Positions 9,197 to 19,916 are shown, numbered from the stretch's first letter. The stretch is DNA of 64,000 bases from an uncultured Pseudomonadales bacterium (GCA_964509365.1 CAZDWN010000003.1:134412-198411), one strand, 5' to 3'. Numbers and translations: made by a program. Notes: a model not told the origin generated them from the sequence alone.

Positions 9197-10124
9197 ACTA
9201 CCAATCTCCATCTGCGTACCTGCGTATAACGAAGGTAAAAACATCTCACTGATTTTGGAAGCGTTGACGAGTCAAGTGACAGATCGTGTGCAGATCAATA
9301 AGATTGTAGTAGTTTCCTCTGGGAGTACTGATAGCACTGAGGATCTCGTGACGCAGTTCATGCGTACAGACAAACGGGTCTTTTTAATTCGTCAACAAAA
9401 ACGCGCTGGCAAAGCGTCAGCGATCAATGCATTTTTAAAAATTATCGATGATCCAGTCGTCGTGATCGAGAGTGCAGATACGATCCCGAATCCAGATGCG
9501 ATCGAGCTGCTCTGTCAGCCTTTTCTGGACAATCCAGAAATCGGGATGACCGGTGGGGCACCAATCCCAGTCAATGATGAAAACACGTTTACCGGATACA
9601 TTGTGCATACCTGGTGGTGGTTCCATCGAAACATTCCTCGTTTTGGAGAAATTATTGCCTATCGCAATCTTTTACCTTCGATCTCAGAGACCACCGCGGT
9701 CGACGAGGCATTTATCCAAGCCAAGCTCATCCAATTGGGGTATAAAGCCGTACATGTCGACCAAGCTATTGTTCGCAATAAAGGACCGGAAACGGTCAAA
9801 GATTTGATCAAGCAACGTCGAAGGATATTCAACGGACACTCACGACTGTACCACGAGGAGGGCGTCAAGATTGACAACATGACCAAGTCAAGTCTGCATC
9901 TTCTCAGTGTCTACAAACCAAAAAGCTTCAAACATTTTTGCTGGTTAATTGGCGGTGTAGGGATCGAAGTCTATGCGAGACTGCTGGGTACCTATGATGC
10001 GAAAGTACTCAATATCAATCCTTTTGTGTGGGACACTGCAAAAAGCACAAAGAATGTCGCGAAGAAACATGGTGACGAAAGTAACGTTCATTCACTTGCA
10101 CTCTCGCAGGAACTTGCCCAATGA
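9186..10124 (+). CDS. glycosyltransferase family 2
   Basis: ISICVPAYNEGKNISLILEAL...VVVSSGSTDST... GT-A fold signature. The start overlaps the flippase stop by 11 nt. Confidence 0.65.
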   Translation: MQNKLPISICVPAYNEGKNISLILEALTSQVTDRVQINKIVVVSSGSTDSTEDLVTQFMRTDKRVFLIRQQKRAGKASAINAFLKIIDDPVVVIESADTIPNPDAIELLCQPFLDNPEIGMTGGAPIPVNDENTFTGYIVHTWWWFHRNIPRFGEIIAYRNLLPSISETTAVDEAFIQAKLIQLGYKAVHVDQAIVRNKGPETVKDLIKQRRRIFNGHSRLYHEEGVKIDNMTKSSLHLLSVYKPKSFKHFCWLIGGVGIEVYARLLGTYDAKVLNINPFVWDTAKSTKNVAKKHGDESNVHSLALSQELAQ

Positions 10125-11230
10125 TTGTCTTCTTAAATTTTGCACCGCTATCTTTTGGTGGAGGAGCCGAGCGCTGGATGGCATCTGTCGCATCAAGCCT
10201 CTCGAATGAAGAAGCAATCGAAGTCTTGCAGGTCGATCACTCCATCTCAAATATTTACTCTCGATTTGTGCTACATCGGAATTTTGATATTCGAGTCGAT
10301 ACATCAAGACTCGCATTCACACAGCGTTTGATCTCACTCTCGAGTTTTATTCCGTTCACCAGTTCTTGGCGACAGCTGCGACGCTCGATACGAGATGCAC
10401 GGACGATCTACACGCGCCTGGAACTCAATGAAATTTTGATCTTGTGCTATTTTGGTGGGTATGAAGTCATACGAAAGACTGTCATCGGACTCCACTCACC
10501 ACTCGAATATAACGCTGATGCGATCTCACTGTTAGGGAAATTTCATAATGCCGTCTACGGCTCGAGATTTATCCGAGCGGTTTTACGGGACGCCAAGCAT
10601 ATCCATGTACTCAATCCGGATCAGGAACGAAAAATGATGGTGACCTATCAGCTTCGCAATGTCGTCAGGATCCCAAACTTTATTGATGATGTGTCTGGAA
10701 AGATGAAAGACTCCGATCCGAGGTATCTCAATGTGTGTTTCCTAGGAGAGTTGGACAAACGCAAAGGAGCAGATGTCTTACTCGAACTCATAGAGAGAAG
10801 CCCAGACTTCATTCGCTATACCATCGCAGGTGACGGATATTTGAAGCAAGAGTATCAAAGACTTCCGAAGCCACAAGTAAAATATCTTGGATACTTGCAG
10901 CATGACAAAATCAGCGAGGTGCTCGAATCTACTGATGTGCTGTTCATGCCATCGCGGGCCGAAAGCTTTTCGCTCGTCTCGCTTGAAGCACTGGCTCATG
11001 GAGTGATCGTCGTATGCTCTTCAAAGATTTCCCCAAATACTTTGGAAGATTACCTCGTCATCAGTAAGAAAAATACCATTGAAGATTATGTAAAGATCCT
11101 CAGTGACTTGCACAAAGAGAAGAAAAAAGGTACGTTGCACTCTCGTCGCGCGAAAATCGCCAAAGAAATCAACAACAAATTTTCAAAAACAGCCACGATA
11201 AATAGACTCAAGAAAGAAATTTTTGATTGA
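10121..11230 (+). CDS. glycosyltransferase family 4 (GT1-like, retaining)
   Basis: C-terminal E..E motif region FMPSRAESFSLVSLEALAHGVIVVCS typical of GT4. 4-nt overlap with the upstream gene. Confidence 0.6.
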   Translation: MIVFLNFAPLSFGGGAERWMASVASSLSNEEAIEVLQVDHSISNIYSRFVLHRNFDIRVDTSRLAFTQRLISLSSFIPFTSSWRQLRRSIRDARTIYTRLELNEILILCYFGGYEVIRKTVIGLHSPLEYNADAISLLGKFHNAVYGSRFIRAVLRDAKHIHVLNPDQERKMMVTYQLRNVVRIPNFIDDVSGKMKDSDPRYLNVCFLGELDKRKGADVLLELIERSPDFIRYTIAGDGYLKQEYQRLPKPQVKYLGYLQHDKISEVLESTDVLFMPSRAESFSLVSLEALAHGVIVVCSSKISPNTLEDYLVISKKNTIEDYVKILSDLHKEKKKGTLHSRRAKIAKEINNKFSKTATINRLKKEIFD

Positions 11231-12044
11231 ACTCATGAAACCAAAATTAAGCATCATCATGTCTACTTACAATGACGAGAAATACATTCGTCAGGCATTA
11301 CAAAGTATTTTGGATCAGACTCTTCAAGAGTGGGAACTCATAATCATAAACGACAAATCTACAGATTCGACTGAATCAATCATTTTTGAAATGTTTAAAA
11401 ATGATAAGCGACTGAAATATCTGAAAAACTCCGAACAAAAGGGAGTTACGATAAATATTATCAAATGCATGGAAATGGCAAAGACTGAGCTAGTCGCTCG
11501 CCTTGATGGTGATGATTATTGGCTCAGTCCGAGGAAATTGGAACGACAATACAAAATAATGGTTGGAGACCCATCAATTGGAATATTAGGTACTTGGGCT
11601 AAAGTGGTAGATCCAGATGGAAAAACTCTGTACAAAATAGAGTATCCCATCGCTGATGAGCGTATGAGACCACGAATCCTTCGTGAAAATCCATTTGTCA
11701 CGAGCAGCATCATGTTTCGAAAGCCCAGTAACTATGAGCTGAGTTTCTTTGACCAAGTGAATAGATATGCCGATGATTTCAATCTAGTACTTCACATAGG
11801 ATTGAAAAAGAAGTTTCAAAATCTAAATCGATATTACTCAGCTTATAGAATGAATCCCGCTGGCATCAGTCAAAGTAAACATAAACTGCAGATTGATGAC
11901 ACCATGAGGACAGCAAAAGCTTTCAAAAAAGATTATGACGGGTACAGGTTTGCGAAGTTACTTTGGACACTCCGTAAACATTACCCCGTTTGGCTTAAAG
12001 GAAAACTGTCCATGCGAATAAAGAAACTCATGAAATTTTATTAA
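11223..12044 (+). CDS. glycosyltransferase family 2
   Basis: LSIIMSTYNDEKYIRQALQSILDQTLQEWELIIINDKSTDST...RLDGDDYW (DxD). Confidence 0.65.
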   Translation: MIELMKPKLSIIMSTYNDEKYIRQALQSILDQTLQEWELIIINDKSTDSTESIIFEMFKNDKRLKYLKNSEQKGVTINIIKCMEMAKTELVARLDGDDYWLSPRKLERQYKIMVGDPSIGILGTWAKVVDPDGKTLYKIEYPIADERMRPRILRENPFVTSSIMFRKPSNYELSFFDQVNRYADDFNLVLHIGLKKKFQNLNRYYSAYRMNPAGISQSKHKLQIDDTMRTAKAFKKDYDGYRFAKLLWTLRKHYPVWLKGKLSMRIKKLMKFY

Positions 12045-12061
12045 TTTGGAGTGGAGATTTT

Positions 12062-12907
12062 ATGAAAATGACTAAAAGAGACAGGATGTTCAGTTTTTTG
12101 GAAAATTTACTACAGTGCGCCAAATTCAACGGTATCTTAATTGCATTTCGAATACATTTCCATTATGTAGTAAGTAGTTTTTCTCTCTCTAAAGATTCCA
12201 AAAAGTACCGTTTTTTGAAGTTCGATGTTGAGTTTATGGATGTTCAGTCTCTTCGAAATATGTTGTTTGAGCTTTTTGGCTTTAACTCTTACTTCTTTAA
12301 GTCGGAACAAATCAATCCAGTAATAATAGATATTGGAGCAAACATTGGGGATTCCATTTTTTACTTCAAATGGCTATATCCCGAAGCTGAAATATTTGCA
12401 TTTGAGCCTCATCCCGAAGCGTTTGCAATGCTAAAAAGAAATATTAAAAAAAATTCCTTCTCCAAAATTCATCCCTACAATGTTGGACTTTCTGATAAGA
12501 AACAGATTGTTGAGTTATTTGTGGGTGAGAGTAGTATTTTAGGTTCCTCAACGATTTTATCCGACGTAAAAAGAATGGATGGAATGAAAGAAGTCAGAAA
12601 GATAAGATTGGAGAAAGTGAGTACTCTAAAAGAGATCACTAAGTTAAAAAGGATAGATTTAATAAAAATTGATATCGAAGGAGCAGAATCTTCACTTTTT
12701 AATGACCTTCAGAAACTTTTCCCAGTTACAAAAAAGGTAATTATAGAATTTCATTTAGTCCCTGAAATCAGAAATAACTCTTTCGATAATATTGTAAATC
12801 TTCTTCGTAAACATGGATTAGAACCGAATATTGCGGGATTTTATCGTAGTGAAAAGAATGAAGCTACTCCTTTTGGCTCGTTATTGATTGCTGATAGAAA
12901 AGTATGA
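12062..12907 (+). CDS. FkbM family methyltransferase
   Basis: [15 protein letters not shown]...[10 protein letters not shown]...[12 protein letters not shown] motif set of FkbM-type SAM methyltransferases. Confidence 0.6.
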   Translation: MKMTKRDRMFSFLENLLQCAKFNGILIAFRIHFHYVVSSFSLSKDSKKYRFLKFDVEFMDVQSLRNMLFELFGFNSYFFKSEQINPVIIDIGANIGDSIFYFKWLYPEAEIFAFEPHPEAFAMLKRNIKKNSFSKIHPYNVGLSDKKQIVELFVGESSILGSSTILSDVKRMDGMKEVRKIRLEKVSTLKEITKLKRIDLIKIDIEGAESSLFNDLQKLFPVTKKVIIEFHLVPEIRNNSFDNIVNLLRKHGLEPNIAGFYRSEKNEATPFGSLLIADRKV

Positions 12908-13425
12908 TGCAAATCCTAAAAAAAATTGAATACATCCCATCATACATTCGAGCGCGCATTCTAAGTGTGAGGTTTGGCACGATTGGAAATACGGTTTTTA
13001 TCAGAGAAAATTTCACCTATAGTTCGCCAAAAAATATTAGATTGGGTCATCATATCTACATAAATCACCATGTTGATTTGGGTGCCGACGCCTCTGGAAT
13101 TGAAATTGGAAATTTTGTCCAAATTGCACCTTACGTGACAATTATGAGCGCTATGCATGAACATGAGAGAACTGATATCCCAATGTACGAGCAGAAAGGT
13201 TATATATCCAAGAAAGTGATAATTGAAGATGATGTCTGGATTGGGTTGCGAGCGATAATTTTACCTGGAGTTAAAATTGGGAAGGGAGCAATAGTGGGAG
13301 CTGGATCAGTCGTCACCAAGAATGTGGAGAGTTACTCCGTTGTGGGAGGAGTTCCTGCAAAATTTATTCGCTCCAGATTGGTATCAAGAAATAATGGAAT
13401 TAAAGTGAGCATGAAGAAAACTTGA
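12904..13425 (+). CDS. sugar O-acetyltransferase, hexapeptide-repeat (left-handed beta-helix) family
   Basis: Repeated hexapeptides: [33 protein letters not shown]. Confidence 0.6.
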   Translation: MMQILKKIEYIPSYIRARILSVRFGTIGNTVFIRENFTYSSPKNIRLGHHIYINHHVDLGADASGIEIGNFVQIAPYVTIMSAMHEHERTDIPMYEQKGYISKKVIIEDDVWIGLRAIILPGVKIGKGAIVGAGSVVTKNVESYSVVGGVPAKFIRSRLVSRNNGIKVSMKKT

Positions 13426-13548
13426 AGACATTTCAGGCGTGCGCTTGGTTACTTACCAAGCTCTTACAGTCAAAATGCCACAATAGTTCATAATTGATCA
13501 GTTATCTACAAGAGTATTTCATACGAGTAAAGATTGGACAGTGAACCG

Positions 13549-15153
13549 ATGTTTAATAAATTTTTTGCAAAACAACGTGAATCTGAGTACACACTTCCAG
13601 TAATGCTTTTTCTGGTTATCTTAAGTATTGTTGTCTTCCTCGTATATTTTAACCTCGGGAAACATCTGCCATACGCAGACTCGATGTCAAGGTTAGATAT
13701 TGCACGTAAAGTTGTTGATAATCTCAATCCTGGATTAGCGCAACTAGGATCCGTTTGGTTGCCACTACCTCAACTTCTAATGGTTCCTTTTGTCTGGAAT
13801 AATTATTTGTGGCAGAGCGGAATTGCAGGTGCGATAATGTCAATGAGTTCATTTATACTTGGAGGCTTCTTCCTTTATAAGTCTGCATTTCTTATAAGTA
13901 AAAGGTTTATCCCATCTTTTTTCACACTTTGTATTTATGCTTTGAATGTCAATGCTTTATACCTACAGACCACTGCCCTTTCTGAATGCGTTTTTATGTG
14001 TGCGCTATTCGGCGTCATGTATTTTTTCTTGCTATGGATAAATACTTATAAGCGCAGGCATCTACTTTTTGCTGCAATGGCAGTTTCTGCAATCACACTC
14101 ATTCGTTACGAGGGTATCGCTTTACTATTAGCTTCAATCGGCTTTGTTGCTGTCTACAGCTACTATCATGACCGCAGTTACAAGAAACTTGAGGGACAAC
14201 TTATCATGTACTGCTGTGTCGCGTGTCTGGGCTTTGCTCTCTGGACACTCTATTTGACTGCAATTTTCGGCGATCCCTTATTCTGGCTTCGTTATTATGG
14301 ATTCGGTCCAAAAATAATAATTCCTGGTGCAACTGTGTCGGTTCCAACCCAGGCGAAACCATTTATGGCCGCTGTATGGCAGTACTTTACATCGGTGACG
14401 TGGATGTCGGGCATCATACCAATTGTATTTGCCGTCGTAGGAGTTTGGATTGGATTAATACGATCGTACTTTTCCAAGTCATGGAATATTTTAGTGATTC
14501 TCATTCCAATGTCGATCTACTTGCTCATGGTCATGACTCTTCGAAGAAACACTCCTATCGTGCAACCGAATCTCAGTATGGAAAACATCATGTCTACGAA
14601 GACAAGCACAATGACGGGATTCAATATCCGCTACGGGATCATGATGCTGCCTATGGTCGCGTTACTTACTATTTATGTTTTTGATATCAAAAAAACATAT
14701 TACATACCAGCAATAGTCTTGTTCGCGATTTTCACGATTCAAGTGGTAAATACGTACGTCCCTAGATTTTCTCCAATCTACGAGATTCCCTTCGCAATTG
14801 GGAAGAAACCGGACATTAGCATGGTTAAGTGGATGCAAAAAAACTATACGGGGGGATATATCATGATGAGCGCTTCAGGCTTTGAAGATCAAATGTTTTT
14901 AATGGGTTTTCCATACCGTACGTATATCCATGAAGGAGCAGGGAAATACTGGACTGAAGCGCTGGATCGTCCGGCACGATATGCCGACTACATAATAATC
15001 GATTTTAGCCGTGAATCAGACACATTAGCGAAGGAATTTAAGAATAAACAATACTGGAACTGGGACTACAATCTTGTGTGGGAAGAAAAGGGTAGCAATG
15101 CAAAAATCTATAAGATTAAGACTCATCCAGATATAATTATTCAAGCTAACTAG
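13549..15153 (+). CDS. GT-C-fold-like polytopic membrane glycosyltransferase candidate, paralog 1 of 3
   Basis: About 11 TM helices with a first-loop acidic motif YADSMSRLDIARK, then GLAQLGSVWLPLPQ. C-terminal periplasmic-type domain with YIHEGAGKYW. First ATG is at 13549; the track start at 13534 is TTG. Confidence 0.55.
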   Translation: MFNKFFAKQRESEYTLPVMLFLVILSIVVFLVYFNLGKHLPYADSMSRLDIARKVVDNLNPGLAQLGSVWLPLPQLLMVPFVWNNYLWQSGIAGAIMSMSSFILGGFFLYKSAFLISKRFIPSFFTLCIYALNVNALYLQTTALSECVFMCALFGVMYFFLLWINTYKRRHLLFAAMAVSAITLIRYEGIALLLASIGFVAVYSYYHDRSYKKLEGQLIMYCCVACLGFALWTLYLTAIFGDPLFWLRYYGFGPKIIIPGATVSVPTQAKPFMAAVWQYFTSVTWMSGIIPIVFAVVGVWIGLIRSYFSKSWNILVILIPMSIYLLMVMTLRRNTPIVQPNLSMENIMSTKTSTMTGFNIRYGIMMLPMVALLTIYVFDIKKTYYIPAIVLFAIFTIQVVNTYVPRFSPIYEIPFAIGKKPDISMVKWMQKNYTGGYIMMSASGFEDQMFLMGFPYRTYIHEGAGKYWTEALDRPARYADYIIIDFSRESDTLAKEFKNKQYWNWDYNLVWEEKGSNAKIYKIKTHPDIIIQAN

Positions 15154-15259
15154 TTTTTTAACTTATCATAAAATGTAAGGATCTTGTAAGAGAAGCTCAT
15201 GTAAAGTATGCTGAACTCCTAAAGTGTTTGTTCCATTCACTTCCCAGGGTAGCGCACTT

Positions 15260-16876
15260 ATGAGTTCTTTTTTCTCTACCTGTAAGGGTCATTTTAATAA
15301 ATATTTTGATCTTTACGTTGTAAGCTTTCTCCTTCTCATAAGCCTCTTTTGCACCTGGCATTTCTTTCGATCCGAAAAAATACTCCTCTATGGTGATTCA
15401 CTCTCACGGCTGAATATATCAAGAAAGATTTTTGACAATATAACTCCGGGATTAGCTCAAATTGGAAATGTTTGGCTGCCGCTACCTCAGTTGGCAATGA
15501 TGCCTTTCGTAGCTAACAACTTTCTTTGGCACACTGGACTAGCAGGATCGATTGTATCGGCACTCACTTTCGTTTTAGGCGGACTTTACTTATATCGTTC
15601 AATTTTTCTGCTATCTAAATCTAAAATCACAGGAGCTATATCAATATGCATTTATGCTCTTAACATTAATTTAATGTACTTACAGACTACAGCAATGTCA
15701 GAATCATTTTTCTTGTGTGCAGTCAGTGCATCAATTTACTACTTCATTAAATGGCTAAAGACGGGTAATAAGATTCATTTAATCCCAGCTGCGATTGCAG
15801 TAAGCGCTATGACATTGATTCGTTATGAAGCCTTGGGGTTCTTATTTGCCTCAATTCCAATGGTATTTATTTTTACACTTTATGAGAAAAGAAATTACCA
15901 TAAGGCGGAAGGCAATGCCATTGTCTACGCTAGTCTAGCCTGCCTGGGATTTGCTCTTTGGTCTTTATATTTGGCTGCCATTTTTGGTGATCCGCTATTT
16001 TGGAAAAACTACTATATTGGTACTCATGTACTTGGGGACAGTAATACTCAGCTACATATATTTACTCATCATTTAAACTTTATTGAGGCTGTTTGGAAAT
16101 ATTTAACGGCAGTAGTTTGGATGAACGGACTGATTCCAACCGCAATTGCTACTTTAGGAATTCCAATTCTTCTGTGGAAATCATACAAGCAAAAAAACTA
16201 TTACTTTCTCCCCGTATTGCTTTCATTCTCAATGTTCGCATTTATGGTGTTAACATTGCAACGTAACACTCCGATAGATCAACCTCAACTTAGTATTCAG
16301 GCTCTGCGCTCAGACAGTACAAGTAATTTCCCCGAATTCAACATCAGTTATGGCTTGCTCATGCTTCCGGTTATTGTTTTACTATTTTCTTACGCTTTTA
16401 ATACACAATACAAGCTGGTCAAAGTACTGCTTGTTCTGCTATTCTCCGTACAGGTTTACTCATATTTTTATCCGACTTATTCGGTCATTTACCAAATTCC
16501 AATAAGTATTGGTGATAACATCACTCAAGGTACACTTAAGGAAAAGCAGATGGTCGAATGGATGAAAACTAATTATGACAATGGCTACATCATGATAAGT
16601 GCCCTTAAACATGATCCTCAAATGTTACAGTTTGGATTAGATTACAGAAACTATATTCATGAAGGAACTGGAAAATATTGGAAAGAATCAACTAGAGATC
16701 CTCAGCGATATGCAAAATGGATAATATTTGATTCGTATAATAAAGATGATCAAGTTACGAAATATTTGTTTAAATCATTAAATCTGGACTTTTTTTACAT
16801 CAAAGTATATGACAATGATGGAATGTTCGTTTATAAGATTAAGACTCATCCTGACATCATAATTCCACAGAATTGA
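15260..16876 (+). CDS. GT-C-fold-like polytopic membrane glycosyltransferase candidate, paralog 2 of 3
   Basis: Colinear with paralog 1: YGDSLSRLNISRK, GLAQIGNVWLPLPQ, YIHEGTGKYW, and C-terminus KIKTHPDIII shared with paralog 1. First ATG is at 15260. Confidence 0.55.
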   Translation: MSSFFSTCKGHFNKYFDLYVVSFLLLISLFCTWHFFRSEKILLYGDSLSRLNISRKIFDNITPGLAQIGNVWLPLPQLAMMPFVANNFLWHTGLAGSIVSALTFVLGGLYLYRSIFLLSKSKITGAISICIYALNINLMYLQTTAMSESFFLCAVSASIYYFIKWLKTGNKIHLIPAAIAVSAMTLIRYEALGFLFASIPMVFIFTLYEKRNYHKAEGNAIVYASLACLGFALWSLYLAAIFGDPLFWKNYYIGTHVLGDSNTQLHIFTHHLNFIEAVWKYLTAVVWMNGLIPTAIATLGIPILLWKSYKQKNYYFLPVLLSFSMFAFMVLTLQRNTPIDQPQLSIQALRSDSTSNFPEFNISYGLLMLPVIVLLFSYAFNTQYKLVKVLLVLLFSVQVYSYFYPTYSVIYQIPISIGDNITQGTLKEKQMVEWMKTNYDNGYIMISALKHDPQMLQFGLDYRNYIHEGTGKYWKESTRDPQRYAKWIIFDSYNKDDQVTKYLFKSLNLDFFYIKVYDNDGMFVYKIKTHPDIIIPQN

Positions 16877-16880
16877 CGAT

Positions 16881-18407
16881 ATGAATATCGGGGAGAAAGT
16901 ATCGGAAGCTTTTAACGCAAAAATCATCTTCATCATTGCTTTCATTCTCTCCGTCTCCGCGTGGTGGATATCGTATTCTCACAACCTCGTCCTCGTGTAT
17001 AACGACGGTGCTTCGCATCTCAATATCGCTCGACGGATCCTCGATAACTACACTCCAGGTGTCGCTCAAATCGGTACCGTGTGGCTACCATTTCCTCACG
17101 TCATGATGTTTTTCCTGGCATGGAATGATTATCTGTGGCATACGGCACTCGCAGGCAGTCTCGTCTCAATGTCGGCATATATTCTCTGTGTTGTCTTCAC
17201 CTACAAGATGATCGTCGAGATCACCAATAAAAAAATTGCGGGTCTAGTCGGCTCGCTAGTGATCGCTCTCAACCCCAATTTGCTCTATTTGCAAACGACT
17301 CCGATGACGGAGACGCTGCTCCTCGCGACATTTGTCATGACTGGATATTATCTGTCTCGGTATATGAATACGAAGAAAGTGTCGTATTTGATCGCGACGG
17401 GGATCGCGGTGATGTTTTCGACACTCATCCGCTATGACGGATGGTTTTTATTTGCGTCATTACTCCTGCTCATCCCGATTTGGGAAGTGATCGGTCCGGG
17501 GAAAAAGAAAGCGGAAGGCAGTTTCTTTTTGTTCGCCTCTGTGGGAGGACTCGGTATCCTCCTATGGATCGTATGGAATTGGGCGATCTTTGGTCAGCCA
17601 TTGTATTTCCTTTTTGGAGAGTACTCAGCGTATGCACAACAGCGAGTCCTCAGTGGTGTCGGCCAGCTCCCGACGGAAAAAAATATCGTCAATGCATTCA
17701 CCTATTTCATGTGGGCAGTGGTCGATAACAATGGGATCGTCCTCGTCATCTCGTCACTCATCTCACTGGTGCTGATCCCATTTTTCATGGCAAATAAAAA
17801 ATACTTGCATGTGATCTTGGCTGTCCTCTCTCCGTTTGTCTTTAATATCATCGCCCTCTACGCGGGCCAGTCAGCCATGAACGTCCCACAAGCCGCAGTC
17901 AATCCTGGACTTTTTAATATCCGCTACGGTCTCGTCATGATCCCTGGGATAGCGGTGATCTTGGGAGTATTGGCAGGGAAGCTCAAATATTCTTGGATAC
18001 TCGTCGTGTTGGTATTGGTCGCGCAATCGTATCTGTTTGTGCAAGCAGGCAAGCCAATCACGCTCGTCGACGGACAGAACGGCCTCATCAACACCTACTA
18101 TACGGTGGAGGCAAGTAAGTGGCTCGCAGTAAATTATCAGGGAGGATTAATTCTCACGAGTCTCGCGAGTCATGATGCATTCGTCGCACGCGCTGGCATC
18201 CCCATGCGAAACTATATCCATGAAGGGAATGCTGGGTATTGGGAAAAGGCACTGGTAAGACCATCAGACACCATAGAATATATTACGGTCCTCACATTTC
18301 CTCCGGATAGTGTCTACAAAAAACTTGCTGACAATCTCGACTTTCAGACCAATTATGTGAAGATACACAATTATGAAAAATTTGAAATTTATAAGCGTCG
18401 TTGGTAG
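16881..18407 (+). CDS. GT-C-fold-like polytopic membrane glycosyltransferase candidate, paralog 3 of 3
   Basis: YNDGASHLNIARR, GVAQIGTVWLPFPH, YIHEGNAGYW; more diverged than paralogs 1 and 2. Confidence 0.55.
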   Translation: MNIGEKVSEAFNAKIIFIIAFILSVSAWWISYSHNLVLVYNDGASHLNIARRILDNYTPGVAQIGTVWLPFPHVMMFFLAWNDYLWHTALAGSLVSMSAYILCVVFTYKMIVEITNKKIAGLVGSLVIALNPNLLYLQTTPMTETLLLATFVMTGYYLSRYMNTKKVSYLIATGIAVMFSTLIRYDGWFLFASLLLLIPIWEVIGPGKKKAEGSFFLFASVGGLGILLWIVWNWAIFGQPLYFLFGEYSAYAQQRVLSGVGQLPTEKNIVNAFTYFMWAVVDNNGIVLVISSLISLVLIPFFMANKKYLHVILAVLSPFVFNIIALYAGQSAMNVPQAAVNPGLFNIRYGLVMIPGIAVILGVLAGKLKYSWILVVLVLVAQSYLFVQAGKPITLVDGQNGLINTYYTVEASKWLAVNYQGGLILTSLASHDAFVARAGIPMRNYIHEGNAGYWEKALVRPSDTIEYITVLTFPPDSVYKKLADNLDFQTNYVKIHNYEKFEIYKRRW

Positions 18408-19626
18408 CATTTTCATCTGCTTGTTTGTCTTTACGCTGCGACCGGCATACGCCGATGAGTCGCCGGCAATTTGGAGCGTCCGCTCGGTAGATACGATGAA
18501 GCTCTCGCGCGATAAGGCTCGCGCCAAGAAAGATGACAAATCTTTCGATGATGTGATACGCCGTGAGGTCAGTGAGATCAAAGATCTGGGGGCAAATTAT
18601 GTCGCCCTCGGAACTCCCTATGATGATGAGTTCTTGCCGTATCTACGTCGATGGGTGGCTATCGCACGTGAGAATGGACTCCACGTATGGTATCGAGGAA
18701 CGTTTTCATCCTACGAAGGTTGGTTTGATCATAGTAAAAGCCTTTCACCAAACAATCTCCTAGAAGCAGGCAAGAAATTTATCGCAAAGAATCAAGACTT
18801 ATTTGAAGATGGAGATATCTTTGACCTGTGTCCGGAATGTGAAAATGGCGGGTATTGGCCGCAGCCAAGAAAAGATGGAGACTTCAATCAGTTTATACAG
18901 GAAAAAAACAAAGTCCTCACCGAAGCTTTTGCCAGCATCAACAAAAAAGTAATCGTCAATTATCCTTCTATCATTGGAGGACGATCAAAAGATGTGCTTA
19001 CACAAGACACGTTTGACGCACTTGGAAATGTCACTGCGATTGATCATTATGCCAACGATGCCAAAAGCTATGATGAGTACATGCACTATTTTATGGATGA
19101 GCATCGCACAAAAGTGTTGTTTAGTGAGTTTGGCGCACCGATCCCGGATTTGCATGGAAAGATGACACAAGCATCACAAGCAGCCTTTGTCCGGAGCGTA
19201 TTTGAGACACTGTATGCACATGGAAAGGATGTCATAGGAGTAAATTATTGGGTACTCTCTGGTGGTACCACATCTCTGTATGACGAGACGGCTCCCAGAG
19301 AAGTCGTGGAAGTAATAAAAGATTACTATCAACCTGGAGTACTGAGTGGAACAGTCAAAAATAGCCTGCGACAACCGCTCGCCCACATCGCCATACAGAT
19401 TGACGATCATGAGCAAGGTGAAACTGATGCTACAGGAAGTTTTGCGGTCGCAGTGCCCGCTGGCGAGCATACATTCTCGACTGACTCGGTTTCGTATCGA
19501 CCATATAGTCTGCACGTATCTTCAAAAAGGAATGAGAAGCAGAGCCAGGATATTATTTTGTATCCGACAGCGAAGTCTCTGTGGTACTCTATTCGAGAGC
19601 GATTTTTACTTTTTACAAACCTATGA
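18373..19626 (+). CDS. secreted TIM-barrel glycoside hydrolase candidate (clan GH-A-like) with C-terminal carboxypeptidase-regulatory-like beta-sandwich
   Basis: Signal peptide MKNLKFISVVGSIFICLFVFTLRPAYA. CPECENGG (acid/base-like) and FSEFGAP (nucleophile-like TEFG motif). C-terminal GTVKN...DATGSFAVAVPAGEHTF domain. Confidence 0.4.
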   Translation: MKNLKFISVVGSIFICLFVFTLRPAYADESPAIWSVRSVDTMKLSRDKARAKKDDKSFDDVIRREVSEIKDLGANYVALGTPYDDEFLPYLRRWVAIARENGLHVWYRGTFSSYEGWFDHSKSLSPNNLLEAGKKFIAKNQDLFEDGDIFDLCPECENGGYWPQPRKDGDFNQFIQEKNKVLTEAFASINKKVIVNYPSIIGGRSKDVLTQDTFDALGNVTAIDHYANDAKSYDEYMHYFMDEHRTKVLFSEFGAPIPDLHGKMTQASQAAFVRSVFETLYAHGKDVIGVNYWVLSGGTTSLYDETAPREVVEVIKDYYQPGVLSGTVKNSLRQPLAHIAIQIDDHEQGETDATGSFAVAVPAGEHTFSTDSVSYRPYSLHVSSKRNEKQSQDIILYPTAKSLWYSIRERFLLFTNL

Positions 19627-19916
19627 AAAACAGTCTTGAAACAGACATGGCACTCATGATGTTTTCGTTTACTCTTCGACACGGAGGGGAGAAACAAATA
19701 CCAGTCTTGTATAGCATGCTGATATCAAAAGATGGACCTGAGTTTATCGAAGATATGGTGAATCTCTATATCAAGAGAGATACGGTGTTGAGAAAATACT
19801 TAGTGAAAAATTATGGCGAGAGTCCGATAGAGGTATACAAACCGTATTTGCTCAATACGCTCGCACAAATATCGAGAAACTATCTCAATGCAAATGCACG
19901 AAGAAAAAGAAGTTGA
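19623..19916 (+). CDS. hypothetical protein
   Basis: Internal Met (MKNSLETD...) of the listed ORF, chosen to avoid a long overlap with the upstream gene; no motif. Confidence 0.2.
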   Translation: MKNSLETDMALMMFSFTLRHGGEKQIPVLYSMLISKDGPEFIEDMVNLYIKRDTVLRKYLVKNYGESPIEVYKPYLLNTLAQISRNYLNANARRKRS

